Source: Patescibacteria group bacterium UBA5187
GTDB lineage: Bacteria > Patescibacteriota > Minisyncoccia > Phycocordibacterales > PALSA-1337
Assembly: GCA_002413065.1 (NCBI GenBank)
Contig: DHWH01000010.1
Location: 348-38,177, forward strand
Reading direction: 5' to 3'
Length of the DNA stretch: 37,830 bases
Shown: positions 25,223-34,361 of the stretch, one piece after another
Layout: each line of letters starts with the position of its first letter
Position numbering within the stretch: the first letter of the stretch is position 1
Translations under genes and position numbers: made by a program
The notes under the pieces: model-generated
What the model saw: only the letters and a program-made list of their open reading frames with translations
Told to the model about the DNA's origin: nothing
The model's database searches: none

Positions 25223-27988
25223 ATGGCATTTTTAAGCAAATTATTCAGTCCAACTCATACCAGCGGGGTCAAGAAATTCGAGCCTGCGGCGGCCAAGATC
25301 AATGAACTGGAAGAACAGATCCGGGCTCTTTCCGATGAGCAATTGAAGGGAAAAACAGCCGAGTTCAAGCAAAAGATTCAGGATGCCACGAAAGATGTCA
25401 TCGTGGGCGATGACGCCCAGGTCAAAGCTAAAGAATCCGAAATTCTTCAGGAAATACTTCCCGAAGCTTTCGCAGTAGTCCGTGAAGCGGCCCGCCGCAC
25501 GCTCGGCCAGAGGCACTTCGATGTGCAGCTGATCGGAGGCATGGTTCTTCATTCGGGGGCAATTGCCGAGATGAGAACAGGTGAAGGAAAGACTTTGGTG
25601 GCGACATTGCCTGCATATTTGAATGCATTAACAGGAAAAGGCGTCCACGTAATCACGGTGAACGACTATCTCTCTCGCCGCGACACGGTATGGATGGGAC
25701 AGATTTATTCCTTCCTCGGATTGTCCGTCGCCGTCATCAACAATGACTCCTCATTCCTATATGATCCCCGGCATACCCAAGAAGTAAAAAATAAGGAAAG
25801 GGAAACAGGTACGGTAAGTGAGAGCGTACAGGGCATAGATGTTCTCGATGCGAAACGCGATCAGCTCGGCGCTTTCAAAGTCATACATGAATTTTTGCGG
25901 CCGGTCTCAAGGCATGAAGCATACATGGCCGACATTACATATGGAACCAATAATGAATTCGGTTTCGATTACCTCCGCGACAATCTGGAGTACACTCCCG
26001 ACAAGCTTCGCCAGCGCGAACCGAATTACGCCATTGTCGACGAGATAGACTCTATTCTTATTGATGAGGCGCGTACTCCTTTGATCATTTCAGCGCCGAC
26101 GCGCGATGCGGAAAGCACGTACAAGCAATTCGCTTCGCTCGTCGGTTCATTCAAGGAAACAGAAGACTACATCGTCGAAGAAAAACACAAATCCATATCT
26201 CTGACCTCGGCCGGCATTACCAAGGCTGAAAAAATGCTGGGCATAGAAAATTTGTACACAGACAAGGGTATAAAGTCAGTCCATCATCTGGAAACAGCCA
26301 TCAAGGCAAAGGCCATTTACCGCAAGGACACGGACTATGTCGTAAAGAACAATGAAATCATGATCGTTGATGTATTCACAGGACGCCTCCAGCCGGGACG
26401 CCGATGGTCCGATGGTTTGCATCAGGCCATTGAAGCCAAAGAAGGCGTATCCATCCAGCAGGAATCGCGCACGTACGCTTCCATCACATTCCAGAACTTT
26501 TTCCGCATGTACAAAAAATTGGCCGGTATGACGGGTACCGCTGCCACATCAGCAGAAGAATTTTTCAAAGTGTACGGACTCGAGGTATATACCGTCCCAA
26601 CCAATGTTCCGGCAACCCGTAAAGATCAGAATGACCAGATCTTCCGCACGGAATTGGGCAAGTTCAAAGCCATTGCCAGAAAGGTCAAACAGCTGCACGA
26701 CAAGGGTCAGCCGGTCCTTATCGGCACGGTCTCCATCGAGAAAAACGAAATACTTTCCCAATTCCTGAAAGGTGAGGGCATCCCTCATGAAATTTTGAAT
26801 GCCAAGAACCACGAGCGTGAAGGAGAGATCGTCGCGCAGGCCGGTAAAAATGGCGCGGTCACCATCGCTACCAACATGGCAGGTCGTGGCGTCGACATCA
26901 AACTCGGCGGCAATCCGAATACGCCCGAATCATATGAAGAAATAAAAAAGAACGGCGGTCTTTTCGTGCTCGGTACCGAACGCCATGAAGCGCGCCGCAT
27001 CGACAACCAGCTTCGCGGACGTTCCGGACGTCAGGGAGATCCGGGCGAAACGCAATTCTTCGTGTCTTTGGAAGATACACTGATGCGCGTATTCGCTTCG
27101 GACACATTGAAATCAATGATGGGCCGCTTGGGTATGGCAGAAGATGAAGCTATCGAACATAAACTTATCTCACGTTCTCTCGAATCTGCTCAGGAAAAAA
27201 TCGAAGGGTTCAATTTTGATTCGCGCAAGCACGTTCTCGAATTCGACGATGTGATCAATCATCATCGCGGAGCAATATATAGCAGACGCAGAAAACTGCT
27301 TTTGGGTTCACTGGACGATGTTGAGAACGAGCTTGCAGCTATTACGGAAGGTGTAGAGATCAGGAATTCAGATATGGTCAAGACGCGGACGGCCCAATTC
27401 GAGGCGGATCCAAGTAAACAGGCTCAAGATCAAGATGCGAAAAAAGATACTGAAAAGGGAATGGTTGAAGAAATAATTGCTAAAAAGATTTCCGAATTCG
27501 GACGTGAGGCATTTTTGCAGGCGGTGCGGGTGATTCTTCTTCAGACAATCGATATGTACTGGGTGGAGCATCTCGAAGTCATGGATTATACGCGTTCAAG
27601 CGTAAGTCTCCGTGCATACGGTCAGCGGGATCCATTGGTTGAATACAAGAAAGAAGGCTTGCGTCTCTTCAAGGAAATGCAGAATGCGATGAAAGAACAG
27701 GTTATCAAGATTCTTCAGCACATCGTGCCTGTCGTGAATGGTCAGCCGATTGCAGGACAAAATTCAGCAGATCTGAGGGAAATTCATGAGAATGCGCAGA
27801 TCATCGGTGGAGGCGATGGTTCGGGTAATTCGGGCAGCATTTCGGGCGGCTCAAATAGTTCGCAATTGACCGCAAAAGGCTCGGAAGTCGGACGTAATGA
27901 CCCGTGTCCATGCGGATCAGGAAAAAAATACAAAAATTGCGGATTGAAGAATACGGAGGAGCATCAGCGGCTGATGGTGGGGAAGTAA
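25223..27988 (+). CDS. secA: Preprotein translocase ATPase SecA
   Basis: 'AEMRTGEGKTLVATLPAYLNALTGKGVHVITVNDYLSRRD', 'DITYGTNNEFGFDYLRDN', 'VDEIDSILIDEARTPLIIS' and the C-terminal zinc motif 'CPCGSGKKYKNCG'. ATG 25223 is preferred to GTG 25214. Confidence 0.95.
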   Translation: MAFLSKLFSPTHTSGVKKFEPAAAKINELEEQIRALSDEQLKGKTAEFKQKIQDATKDVIVGDDAQVKAKESEILQEILPEAFAVVREAARRTLGQRHFDVQLIGGMVLHSGAIAEMRTGEGKTLVATLPAYLNALTGKGVHVITVNDYLSRRDTVWMGQIYSFLGLSVAVINNDSSFLYDPRHTQEVKNKERETGTVSESVQGIDVLDAKRDQLGAFKVIHEFLRPVSRHEAYMADITYGTNNEFGFDYLRDNLEYTPDKLRQREPNYAIVDEIDSILIDEARTPLIISAPTRDAESTYKQFASLVGSFKETEDYIVEEKHKSISLTSAGITKAEKMLGIENLYTDKGIKSVHHLETAIKAKAIYRKDTDYVVKNNEIMIVDVFTGRLQPGRRWSDGLHQAIEAKEGVSIQQESRTYASITFQNFFRMYKKLAGMTGTAATSAEEFFKVYGLEVYTVPTNVPATRKDQNDQIFRTELGKFKAIARKVKQLHDKGQPVLIGTVSIEKNEILSQFLKGEGIPHEILNAKNHEREGEIVAQAGKNGAVTIATNMAGRGVDIKLGGNPNTPESYEEIKKNGGLFVLGTERHEARRIDNQLRGRSGRQGDPGETQFFVSLEDTLMRVFASDTLKSMMGRLGMAEDEAIEHKLISRSLESAQEKIEGFNFDSRKHVLEFDDVINHHRGAIYSRRRKLLLGSLDDVENELAAITEGVEIRNSDMVKTRTAQFEADPSKQAQDQDAKKDTEKGMVEEIIAKKISEFGREAFLQAVRVILLQTIDMYWVEHLEVMDYTRSSVSLRAYGQRDPLVEYKKEGLRLFKEMQNAMKEQVIKILQHIVPVVNGQPIAGQNSADLREIHENAQIIGGGDGSGNSGSISGGSNSSQLTAKGSEVGRNDPCPCGSGKKYKNCGLKNTEEHQRLMVGK

Positions 27989-28291
27989 CTAGTCAAAATA
28001 ACGCCGGCCGTGGGGATTGAACTTTTTGATTATCTGTTGAAAGCCGCCTCTTTTGTCGATGAGTTTTCTGGAAATGCCCGAAATCGTTTTTGAACTTAGT
28101 TGTGTCATTTGCTCGATTTGAGAATACGGAGCTCCATCATATAGTAAGCAAGCTGCATGAAGTCTATTGGCAAGTGAGTCGATTTCTTTTTTAGTGAGAA
28201 GATCCTTCAGTAGGTCTCTAATCAAATGTGTGTTTTCTGCTAGCACAAATGCCTGCACGAGTCTTTCTTTGTCAGGATAGTTCCAATACAT
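27989..28291 (-). CDS. TrpR-related YerC/YecD-family DNA-binding protein
   Basis: 100 aa. 'LLKDLLTKKEIDSLANRLHAACLL..GAPYSQIEQMTQLSSKTISGISRKL' matches the YerC/YecD Trp-repressor-like pattern. Confidence 0.75.
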   Translation of the reverse strand: MYWNYPDKERLVQAFVLAENTHLIRDLLKDLLTKKEIDSLANRLHAACLLYDGAPYSQIEQMTQLSSKTISGISRKLIDKRGGFQQIIKKFNPHGRRYFD

Positions 28292-28318
28292 AGGTTGGGG
28301 TAGTATATCAAAAATTGA

Positions 28319-28341
28319 GCCACTTTCCGATGGAAAGTGGC
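28319..28341. promoter_or_regulatory. Perfect 10-3-10 palindrome, candidate operator in the divergent promoter region
   Basis: GCCACTTTCC-GAT-GGAAAGTGGC at 28319-28341. It lies 28 nt upstream of the TrpR-like start codon (28291, minus strand) and 98 nt upstream of the plus-strand zinc-ribbon ORF. Confidence 0.45.
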
Positions 28342-28438
28342 ATATTTCGGAATAATGTATCCTAGCACTTGGATATATTTCGGGCGAGATAGATGCGCAA
28401 TATATTCGAAAGTAGTATTATTATTCACATTACGACCT

Positions 28439-28612
28439 ATGAAAAAAGCCGAACAAAAAATTGGAAAAACAAAAGGCACGAAATCAATTGAACATTTTCA
28501 TCATTTTCGCTGCGGCTCCTGCAACAAATGGTGGGGCATCGGCGATGCGCCATCGAAAAGGAAAGAATGGTATTGTCCATGGTGCGGCATTGAAAATACA
28601 TATGGAAAATAA
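28439..28612 (+). CDS. Small zinc-ribbon protein (57 aa)
   Basis: 'FRCGSCNKWW...WYCPWCG' gives two CxxC pairs. ATG 28439 is preferred to the ORF-track start at 28337. The stop directly abuts the NUDIX gene start. Confidence 0.5.
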   Translation: MKKAEQKIGKTKGTKSIEHFHHFRCGSCNKWWGIGDAPSKRKEWYCPWCGIENTYGK

Positions 28613-28613
28613 A

Positions 28614-29105
28614 ATGGACCACAACCACCAAAACAGACCGAGAAAAATTCTTACCCTATGTTTCGTTCATCAGCATCCGCGAATTCTCTTGGGCATGAAA
28701 AAACAAGGATTTGGAGCAGGACGATGGAATGGGTTCGGCGGCAAAGTCGAACCGGGCGAATCGATCGAGGATGCGGCGCGAAGGGAAATGAAGGAAGAGG
28801 CTGGCATCGAAGTGCGTGAAATTAAAAAAATGGGAGTCATTGATTTTGAGTTTCGCGGCAAACCGGAAATTTTGGAAGTTCACATATTCAAGTCCGTGGA
28901 GTTTTCCGGGGAGCCGACCGAAAGCGATGAAATGCGACCACAATGGTTCTCCGTCGATCAGATTCCTTTTACAGAAATGTGGACTGACGATATATATTGG
29001 CTGCCGCTCTTTTTAAAAAATATAAAATTCACCGCACGGTTTCTTTTTGATGAAAAGGATCAAGTCTTGGAGCATACGATTCACAAAACCATTAAGGTGT
29101 GGTAA
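28614..29105 (+). CDS. NUDIX hydrolase (MutT/NUDT1-like)
   Basis: Nudix box 'GGKVEPGESIEDAARREMKEEAGI'. ATG 28614 follows the upstream TAA by 1 nt. ATG 28602 is an alternative start. Confidence 0.85.
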   Translation: MDHNHQNRPRKILTLCFVHQHPRILLGMKKQGFGAGRWNGFGGKVEPGESIEDAARREMKEEAGIEVREIKKMGVIDFEFRGKPEILEVHIFKSVEFSGEPTESDEMRPQWFSVDQIPFTEMWTDDIYWLPLFLKNIKFTARFLFDEKDQVLEHTIHKTIKVW

Positions 29106-29115
29106 AGTGAAATTC

Positions 29116-30177
29116 ATGAATTCTCGTATTTCTTCATATTTTTTCTTTATATTGCTGTTTGCGGCGGTTGTAGCGGCTGTTCTCATATTGTTTCCTTTCC
29201 TGACCCCTCTTGTATTGGCTATTGCGGCTGCAGTTATCGTGTACCCGGTGTATTCGGGCATTCATCGTTTCTTGGGAACAGGCCCTTTCAAAAACACCAT
29301 TGCGGCTCTGATCACGGTTATTCTGACTCTCGTGGTCATATTGGTGCCACTTTTTTTCCTGGCAGGAAGCGTATACAGCGAAGTTCAGACACTCTACGGC
29401 ATGCTTATCGATGAAGCCAATCGTTCTCAGGTAATAGATGCGCTCAATACGCCATGGAAATCACTTTCCAGTATGGTATTCGGCGTTCTGCCTCAGCACT
29501 CATTCGATTCTCTCAATATCACTGAATATTTGAAAAGCATCCTGGAATGGGTCTTTTCCAACCTCGACAATGTCTTCTCGAGTCTGGCCAAGGTCGTCGC
29601 TTATTCAGTCGTGTTCTTGCTGGCACTCTTTTATTTCCTGCGAGATGGGGAAATGATCAAAAAACGTTTTATCTCCTGGAGTCCATTATTAGATGCGAAT
29701 GACGCGTATATAACCCAGACCTTCAAGAAGGCGATCCGTTCCGTGCTCGCGGGTACGTTGGCAGTCAGCTTGATCGACGGAGTTTCCATCGGCCTTTCGT
29801 TTCTTACGTTCGGCATTCCCGCACCGGCTTTGTGGGGTACGGTCGCGGCTATCGCAGCGCTTGTCCCTGGATTTGGAACCAGTCTTGTAGTTTTGCCTGC
29901 TGTCGCATACCTGGTCTTTACGGGTTCATATGTATATGCTGCCGGTCTTTTGGTCTGGGGCTACGCAACAATTTTTATTGTCGATCACATACTCGGTCCG
30001 AGTCTCGTAAATCGCGGTATACACATTCATCCGTTTCTGATCTTGTTATCGGTATTGGGAGGGCTTCTCGTATTCGGTATCGTCGGATTTGTAATGGGAC
30101 CGCTCATACTCGTCTTTCTTATTACGCTTCTGGACATCTACAAGAACTCTTTTGTGAAGTCAGATACTAAAATATAA
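29116..30177 (+). CDS. AI-2E family transporter (PerM/UPF0118)
   Basis: Polytopic protein. 'FYFLRDGEMI', 'AIRSVLAGTLAVSLIDG' and 'VPGFGTSLVVLPAVAYL' are typical of AI-2E/UPF0118 permeases. ATG 29116 begins the hydrophobic N-terminus. Confidence 0.85.
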   Translation: MNSRISSYFFFILLFAAVVAAVLILFPFLTPLVLAIAAAVIVYPVYSGIHRFLGTGPFKNTIAALITVILTLVVILVPLFFLAGSVYSEVQTLYGMLIDEANRSQVIDALNTPWKSLSSMVFGVLPQHSFDSLNITEYLKSILEWVFSNLDNVFSSLAKVVAYSVVFLLALFYFLRDGEMIKKRFISWSPLLDANDAYITQTFKKAIRSVLAGTLAVSLIDGVSIGLSFLTFGIPAPALWGTVAAIAALVPGFGTSLVVLPAVAYLVFTGSYVYAAGLLVWGYATIFIVDHILGPSLVNRGIHIHPFLILLSVLGGLLVFGIVGFVMGPLILVFLITLLDIYKNSFVKSDTKI

Positions 30178-30191
30178 TATTCTTTACTACC

Positions 30192-31280
30192 ATGGCATTC
30201 ATAGACGAAATACAATTTCATGCGAAAGCAGGCGACGGCGGAATAGGCGTCGTGCGCTGGCGTCATGAGCGCGGCAAAGAATATGCCGGTGCAGCCGGCG
30301 GCAATGGAGGCGCAGGCGGTGACATATATGTACGCGCCGTTCGCGACATCAATATGCTCGCGCGCCACAAGGCCGTGAAGACATTTACTTCAGGCAAGGG
30401 CCGTGATGGTCAGAACTGGAGCATGCAAGGAAAAAGTGGCGAAGATTGCACCATCGATATACCTGTCGGATCAGTCGTTACCAACATGAACAGCGGGCGC
30501 GTCGTTGAGCTTGTTACAGACGGACAGATTTCGAAAATTCTCCACGGAGGACGCGGCGGTCTGGGCAATGAATATTTCAAAGCTTCCACCAATGTGCGTC
30601 CCGAACAATCCACAGGCGGTACGCCCGGGGAAGAAGCGGACTTCAAAGTCGAGCTCAACCTTATTGCTGATGCCGGCCTCATCGGACTTCCTAATGCCGG
30701 CAAGTCAAGTCTGCTCAATGCTCTGACAAATGCGAATGCCAAAGTGGGAAATTATGCGTTCACGACACTCGATCCGAACCTCGGCGCTCTTCCCGGAGGA
30801 TACATTCTCGCCGATCTCCCGGGTCTCATCGAAGGCGCCGCTGAAGGGAAAGGCCTCGGTCACAAGTTTCTCAAGCATGTAAAGCGTACACGAATGGTTC
30901 TTCATCTTGTATCGTTGGAAAATGCAGGCGCAGGTGCGGGCGTCACCGGACTCGAACAAGCCTACCGCACGGTCCGCGAAGAATTGGAAAAATTCGGCAA
31001 CGGCCTCAACGAAAAAACAGAAGTTATTATTTTGACGAAGACTGATATTGCCGATGCGCAGGCCGTCAAGGAAGCTTGCGCCGCATTACAAAAATACGGC
31101 CATGATATTCTTGAAGTCTCCGTTCTCGACGACACCTCGATCAAATCGCTTTCTGATAACATCGCACGAAAGTTGGAGGCGGAAGCTGCGGCAGAGACAA
31201 AGGCATCCATGGATGCAGGCGAAATGTCCGATGCGGATACTGGTTCAGTAATGGAAGGCGCAACAGAGTCCGCTGAGTAA
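30192..31280 (+). CDS. obg: GTPase Obg/CgtA
   Basis: Obg fold 'FIDEIQFHAKAGDGGIGVVRWRHERGKEYAGAAGGNGGAGGDIYV'. G1 motif 'GLPNAGKSSLL', G3 'DLPGLIEGA' and G4 'TKTD'. Confidence 0.92.
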   Translation: MAFIDEIQFHAKAGDGGIGVVRWRHERGKEYAGAAGGNGGAGGDIYVRAVRDINMLARHKAVKTFTSGKGRDGQNWSMQGKSGEDCTIDIPVGSVVTNMNSGRVVELVTDGQISKILHGGRGGLGNEYFKASTNVRPEQSTGGTPGEEADFKVELNLIADAGLIGLPNAGKSSLLNALTNANAKVGNYAFTTLDPNLGALPGGYILADLPGLIEGAAEGKGLGHKFLKHVKRTRMVLHLVSLENAGAGAGVTGLEQAYRTVREELEKFGNGLNEKTEVIILTKTDIADAQAVKEACAALQKYGHDILEVSVLDDTSIKSLSDNIARKLEAEAAAETKASMDAGEMSDADTGSVMEGATESAE

Positions 31281-31323
31281 GAGTTGCCCAGGGCGGAACT
31301 TTCTGGTAATCTCAGCGTCAGAT

Positions 31324-31602
31324 ATGAATACGTCTGAACGCGAACCGTACGAACGTGCACGGAACGCGAAACAATTCCCTAGATATGCTGACGCCTTTTT
31401 GAATGGCGACATTCTCATCTTGGAGAATGTCGAGAAAAGAGAGATGATCTTACGTTGGACCGATACCTCGGTATGTCTTCCGGACATGCGACTTGTCCAG
31501 CATGTATTAAGTCATTTTGCCCGTTGTCCGCTGGAGGTTCAAAAATTTGATATTTGTGGCGATAACGGCAAAGGCATCCAACTCGTATGGCCGATGAGTT
31601 GA
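31324..31602 (+). CDS. Hypothetical small protein (92 aa)
   Basis: ATG ORF filling the space between the convergent obg and DMT genes. No motif recognised. It may be non-coding. Confidence 0.3.
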   Translation: MNTSEREPYERARNAKQFPRYADAFLNGDILILENVEKREMILRWTDTSVCLPDMRLVQHVLSHFARCPLEVQKFDICGDNGKGIQLVWPMS

Positions 31603-31613
31603 TTGATCGACAA

Positions 31614-32524
31614 CTAGGTTCGCCGACTTGCTGGGTAAACCCTGGCTTTTTTTATTTCTGCAAAATATGGCAAAGCTATCGCGCAGATGATTAGTATACC
31701 GCCGATAATGACTTGAGAATTTAATGTTTGGCGGAATATAAGAATACCAAAACCGATACTAAATACGATCTCCAGTAATCCTAATAGGCCACCAATACTT
31801 GCCTCCGCGTATTTGAGTCCGTGGATGATAGCCCAAAATCCTACGAGGCTAACCAGTGTGTATGCGATCTGATACACCCATATCAATTCGAATGAGAACG
31901 GATGCTGAGTCTCTCCGATGTACAACGAGATGATTATGTTCGTAATGAAGATGACTAGCCAACTGAGCCATGACAAATAAAGAGGAGAGTAGTCACCGGA
32001 TAATTTCTTGGAGAACGATATCTCACTTCCACTTGCAATGCCGTTTACGATTGCCATCAGGGCAGCGAAAAGTGCAAAAGCAATGATAGAAAAAGAGAAT
32101 GTTATGTAAAGTCCGAGGCAAGCGATTATAAGTGACACAATTTTTGTAGCAGTGATTTTTTCCTTAAGGAAAAAATACCGACGGCATACATTGTGAGTAG
32201 CATGCTTACAAAGAAGAGCAGTGTTGCCGTACCGATGTCCATGTGATTGAAAGCATAAAATATCGGGGCTTGTGTCAGAGAAGTAGCGATCAGAAATATA
32301 GAAAGCCAACCCCAGTCAGCTTTCTTGATTGGAACAATATGCTTACCGTAGTATAAGATTGGAAATAGTATGACTGTAAGGATTAGTCCTCGAGTCCATC
32401 CCTGATAGAATGGTCCGAACGAACTTCCAATTAATTTTGACCATACGCCGTAACTGCCGAACATCAGTGTAGATAGCAAGATCAATAGGATGCCGCGTTT
32501 CTTTAAATTAACTGCCGAAGTCAT
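31614..32524 (-). pseudogene. EamA/DMT-superfamily transporter split by a 1-nt deletion in a homopolymer (A6 on the plus strand, 32170-32175)
   Basis: ORFs 32126..32524 and 31614..32309 are two halves of a 10-TM DMT protein. Reading GGTATTTTTTCC with seven T instead of six restores '...LLTMYAVGIFFLKEKITATKIVSLIIACLG...' and gives about 303 aa. Confidence 0.75.
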
Positions 32525-32633
32525 TGTTGAAGTATAAGGTAAATAAGAAATAAAAAATAGGATATACCTATCATCGGGGCAGGGGATCTAAGAGCCTGAC
32601 TTCCCAATTACTTTTATATACCCTTACTAACCT

Positions 32634-34088
32634 TTATGAAAGTTTCTCGAGGAGAAGTTTCTTCAGCATCTCAGGGTTTGCGGAGCCTTTTGTGGCCTTC
32701 ATTGCTTGGCCGATGAGGAATTGTAGGGAGGCTACTTTACCAGCTTTATATTCAGTGATGGCTACAGGGTTGTCCATAATGATTTTTTCGAGTGTGGGAA
32801 TGAGGTCTGCGGCATTACTTTTCTGAATGAGGCTGTGCTTTTCGGCGAGTGCTTTTGGTGAGGCTGACGAGTCCTGCAGCAATAATACCAAGAGGTCCTT
32901 TGTTCCGCGCGACGACAAATCTCCAGCAGCGGTCATGTTGATGAGTTCGGCGAATGAGGTGGTCGGGATGCGTGATAATGTTGCGGTGTCGAAATCGAGC
33001 ATACCTTCTTTTTTGAGCATGCCTACATAATCAGTAAGGAGGTAGTTCACGGTAAGTTTTACTTTTTTGAGATCGGTTGTGTAGGAAGAGATGATAGATT
33101 CGAAATACTTCGCGATCATCGGTGATTCGATGAATACTGCAACCTCTTTGTCGGTCATGCCGAAAACAGTTTTGAAACGGTCGCGTTTGATCCACGGCAA
33201 TTCAGGAATTTCTTTTGCGAGTGCCTCGTGCGAGAATTCCGGCACCTGGCTCACTTTTAATTTTGCGATATCAGGATCAGGAAAATATCTGTAGTCATGT
33301 GAACTTTCTTTACTGCGCTGAGAATATGTTTCTTGCTTACCATCATCCCATCCGCGCGTCTCCTGCGAAACCTTCTTACCTTTTTGGAGGAGGGAAGACT
33401 GACGTTCGATCTCGCATGCGATCGCACTTTCGACTGCACGAAACGAGTTTAGATTTTTAACTTCGGTCTTCGTGCCGAATTTTTTGTTGAGCGTATCTTC
33501 GGGTGTTGCGATCGAAATATTTGCTTCGATGCGCATTTCTCCTTTTTCCATATTTGCTTCTCCGGCTCCAAGATAACGGAGAAGGAGTTGCAATTCTTTT
33601 GCGAACCTGACAGCAGTCGCCGCATCATGTATGACGGGTTTTGTAACGAGCTCCATGAGCGGAACTCCGGATCTGTTGAAATTCACCAAACTTTTTTCAT
33701 GAGCATCGTGCGTCGACTGAGCAGTGTCTTCCTCAAGGTGTATGCGTTCGAGTTCAACAGAGGCGAGAGTGCCATTGGAAACAAGAGGGTATTTGTATTG
33801 AGTGATCTGATATCCTTTTGGAATATCGGGATAGAAATAATTTTTACGATCCCATTCAGTAAAATCTGCTAGTGTGCCACCGACAGTAATACCCATTTTG
33901 AGAACATGCTTGATCGCTTTCATGTTGAGCACAGGAAGCGTGCCGGGATGTCCAAGGCAGATGGGGCATACGTTCACATTCGGCTTTTCTTCGTCAGGAT
34001 TGTTTCTGCAAGAACAAAACATCTTGGAAGATGTTTTGAGTTCGGCATGAATCTCAAGGCCGATAGTCGGTATGTATTTGGTTTCCAT
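32634..34088 (-). CDS. gatB: Asp-tRNA(Asn)/Glu-tRNA(Gln) amidotransferase subunit B
   Basis: 'IGLEIHAELKTSSKMFCSC', 'VCPICLGHPGTLPVLN', 'DRKNYFYPDIPKGYQITQ' and the C-terminal YqeY-like tail are canonical GatB features. Confidence 0.93.
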   Translation of the reverse strand: METKYIPTIGLEIHAELKTSSKMFCSCRNNPDEEKPNVNVCPICLGHPGTLPVLNMKAIKHVLKMGITVGGTLADFTEWDRKNYFYPDIPKGYQITQYKYPLVSNGTLASVELERIHLEEDTAQSTHDAHEKSLVNFNRSGVPLMELVTKPVIHDAATAVRFAKELQLLLRYLGAGEANMEKGEMRIEANISIATPEDTLNKKFGTKTEVKNLNSFRAVESAIACEIERQSSLLQKGKKVSQETRGWDDGKQETYSQRSKESSHDYRYFPDPDIAKLKVSQVPEFSHEALAKEIPELPWIKRDRFKTVFGMTDKEVAVFIESPMIAKYFESIISSYTTDLKKVKLTVNYLLTDYVGMLKKEGMLDFDTATLSRIPTTSFAELINMTAAGDLSSRGTKDLLVLLLQDSSASPKALAEKHSLIQKSNAADLIPTLEKIIMDNPVAITEYKAGKVASLQFLIGQAMKATKGSANPEMLKKLLLEKLS

Positions 34089-34112
34089 GAAGAGAAGTGT
34101 AGCGACAGGACT

Positions 34113-34361
34113 CTAATCAGTCAAATGCTGAACAACCAGCTTCCGGACCTCCTTTTTATTGGGTTTCTTGCCTTTACTGGATTCAATCTCCATAAGGAGC
34201 TTCTCGATGTCTTCGAGCTTATAAACCCTATAGTTATTGATAGGATGTCGCGATGCGCAGAATTTGCCGCTGTTGTCCCAGTTCCGCAGGGTCAAAGGAG
34301 TCACACCCAATATCTTGGCTGCATTTTTTATGGTGATGAGTTTTATGGTTGAGATATCCAT
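34113..34361 (-). CDS. MerR/excisionase-type helix-turn-helix DNA-binding protein (82 aa)
   Basis: 'ITIKNAAKILGVTPLTLRNWDNSGKF...RHPINNYRVYKLEDIEKL' matches the MerR-type HTH pattern. It lies 24 nt upstream of gatB on the same strand. Confidence 0.7.
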   Translation of the reverse strand: MDISTIKLITIKNAAKILGVTPLTLRNWDNSGKFCASRHPINNYRVYKLEDIEKLLMEIESSKGKKPNKKEVRKLVVQHLTD

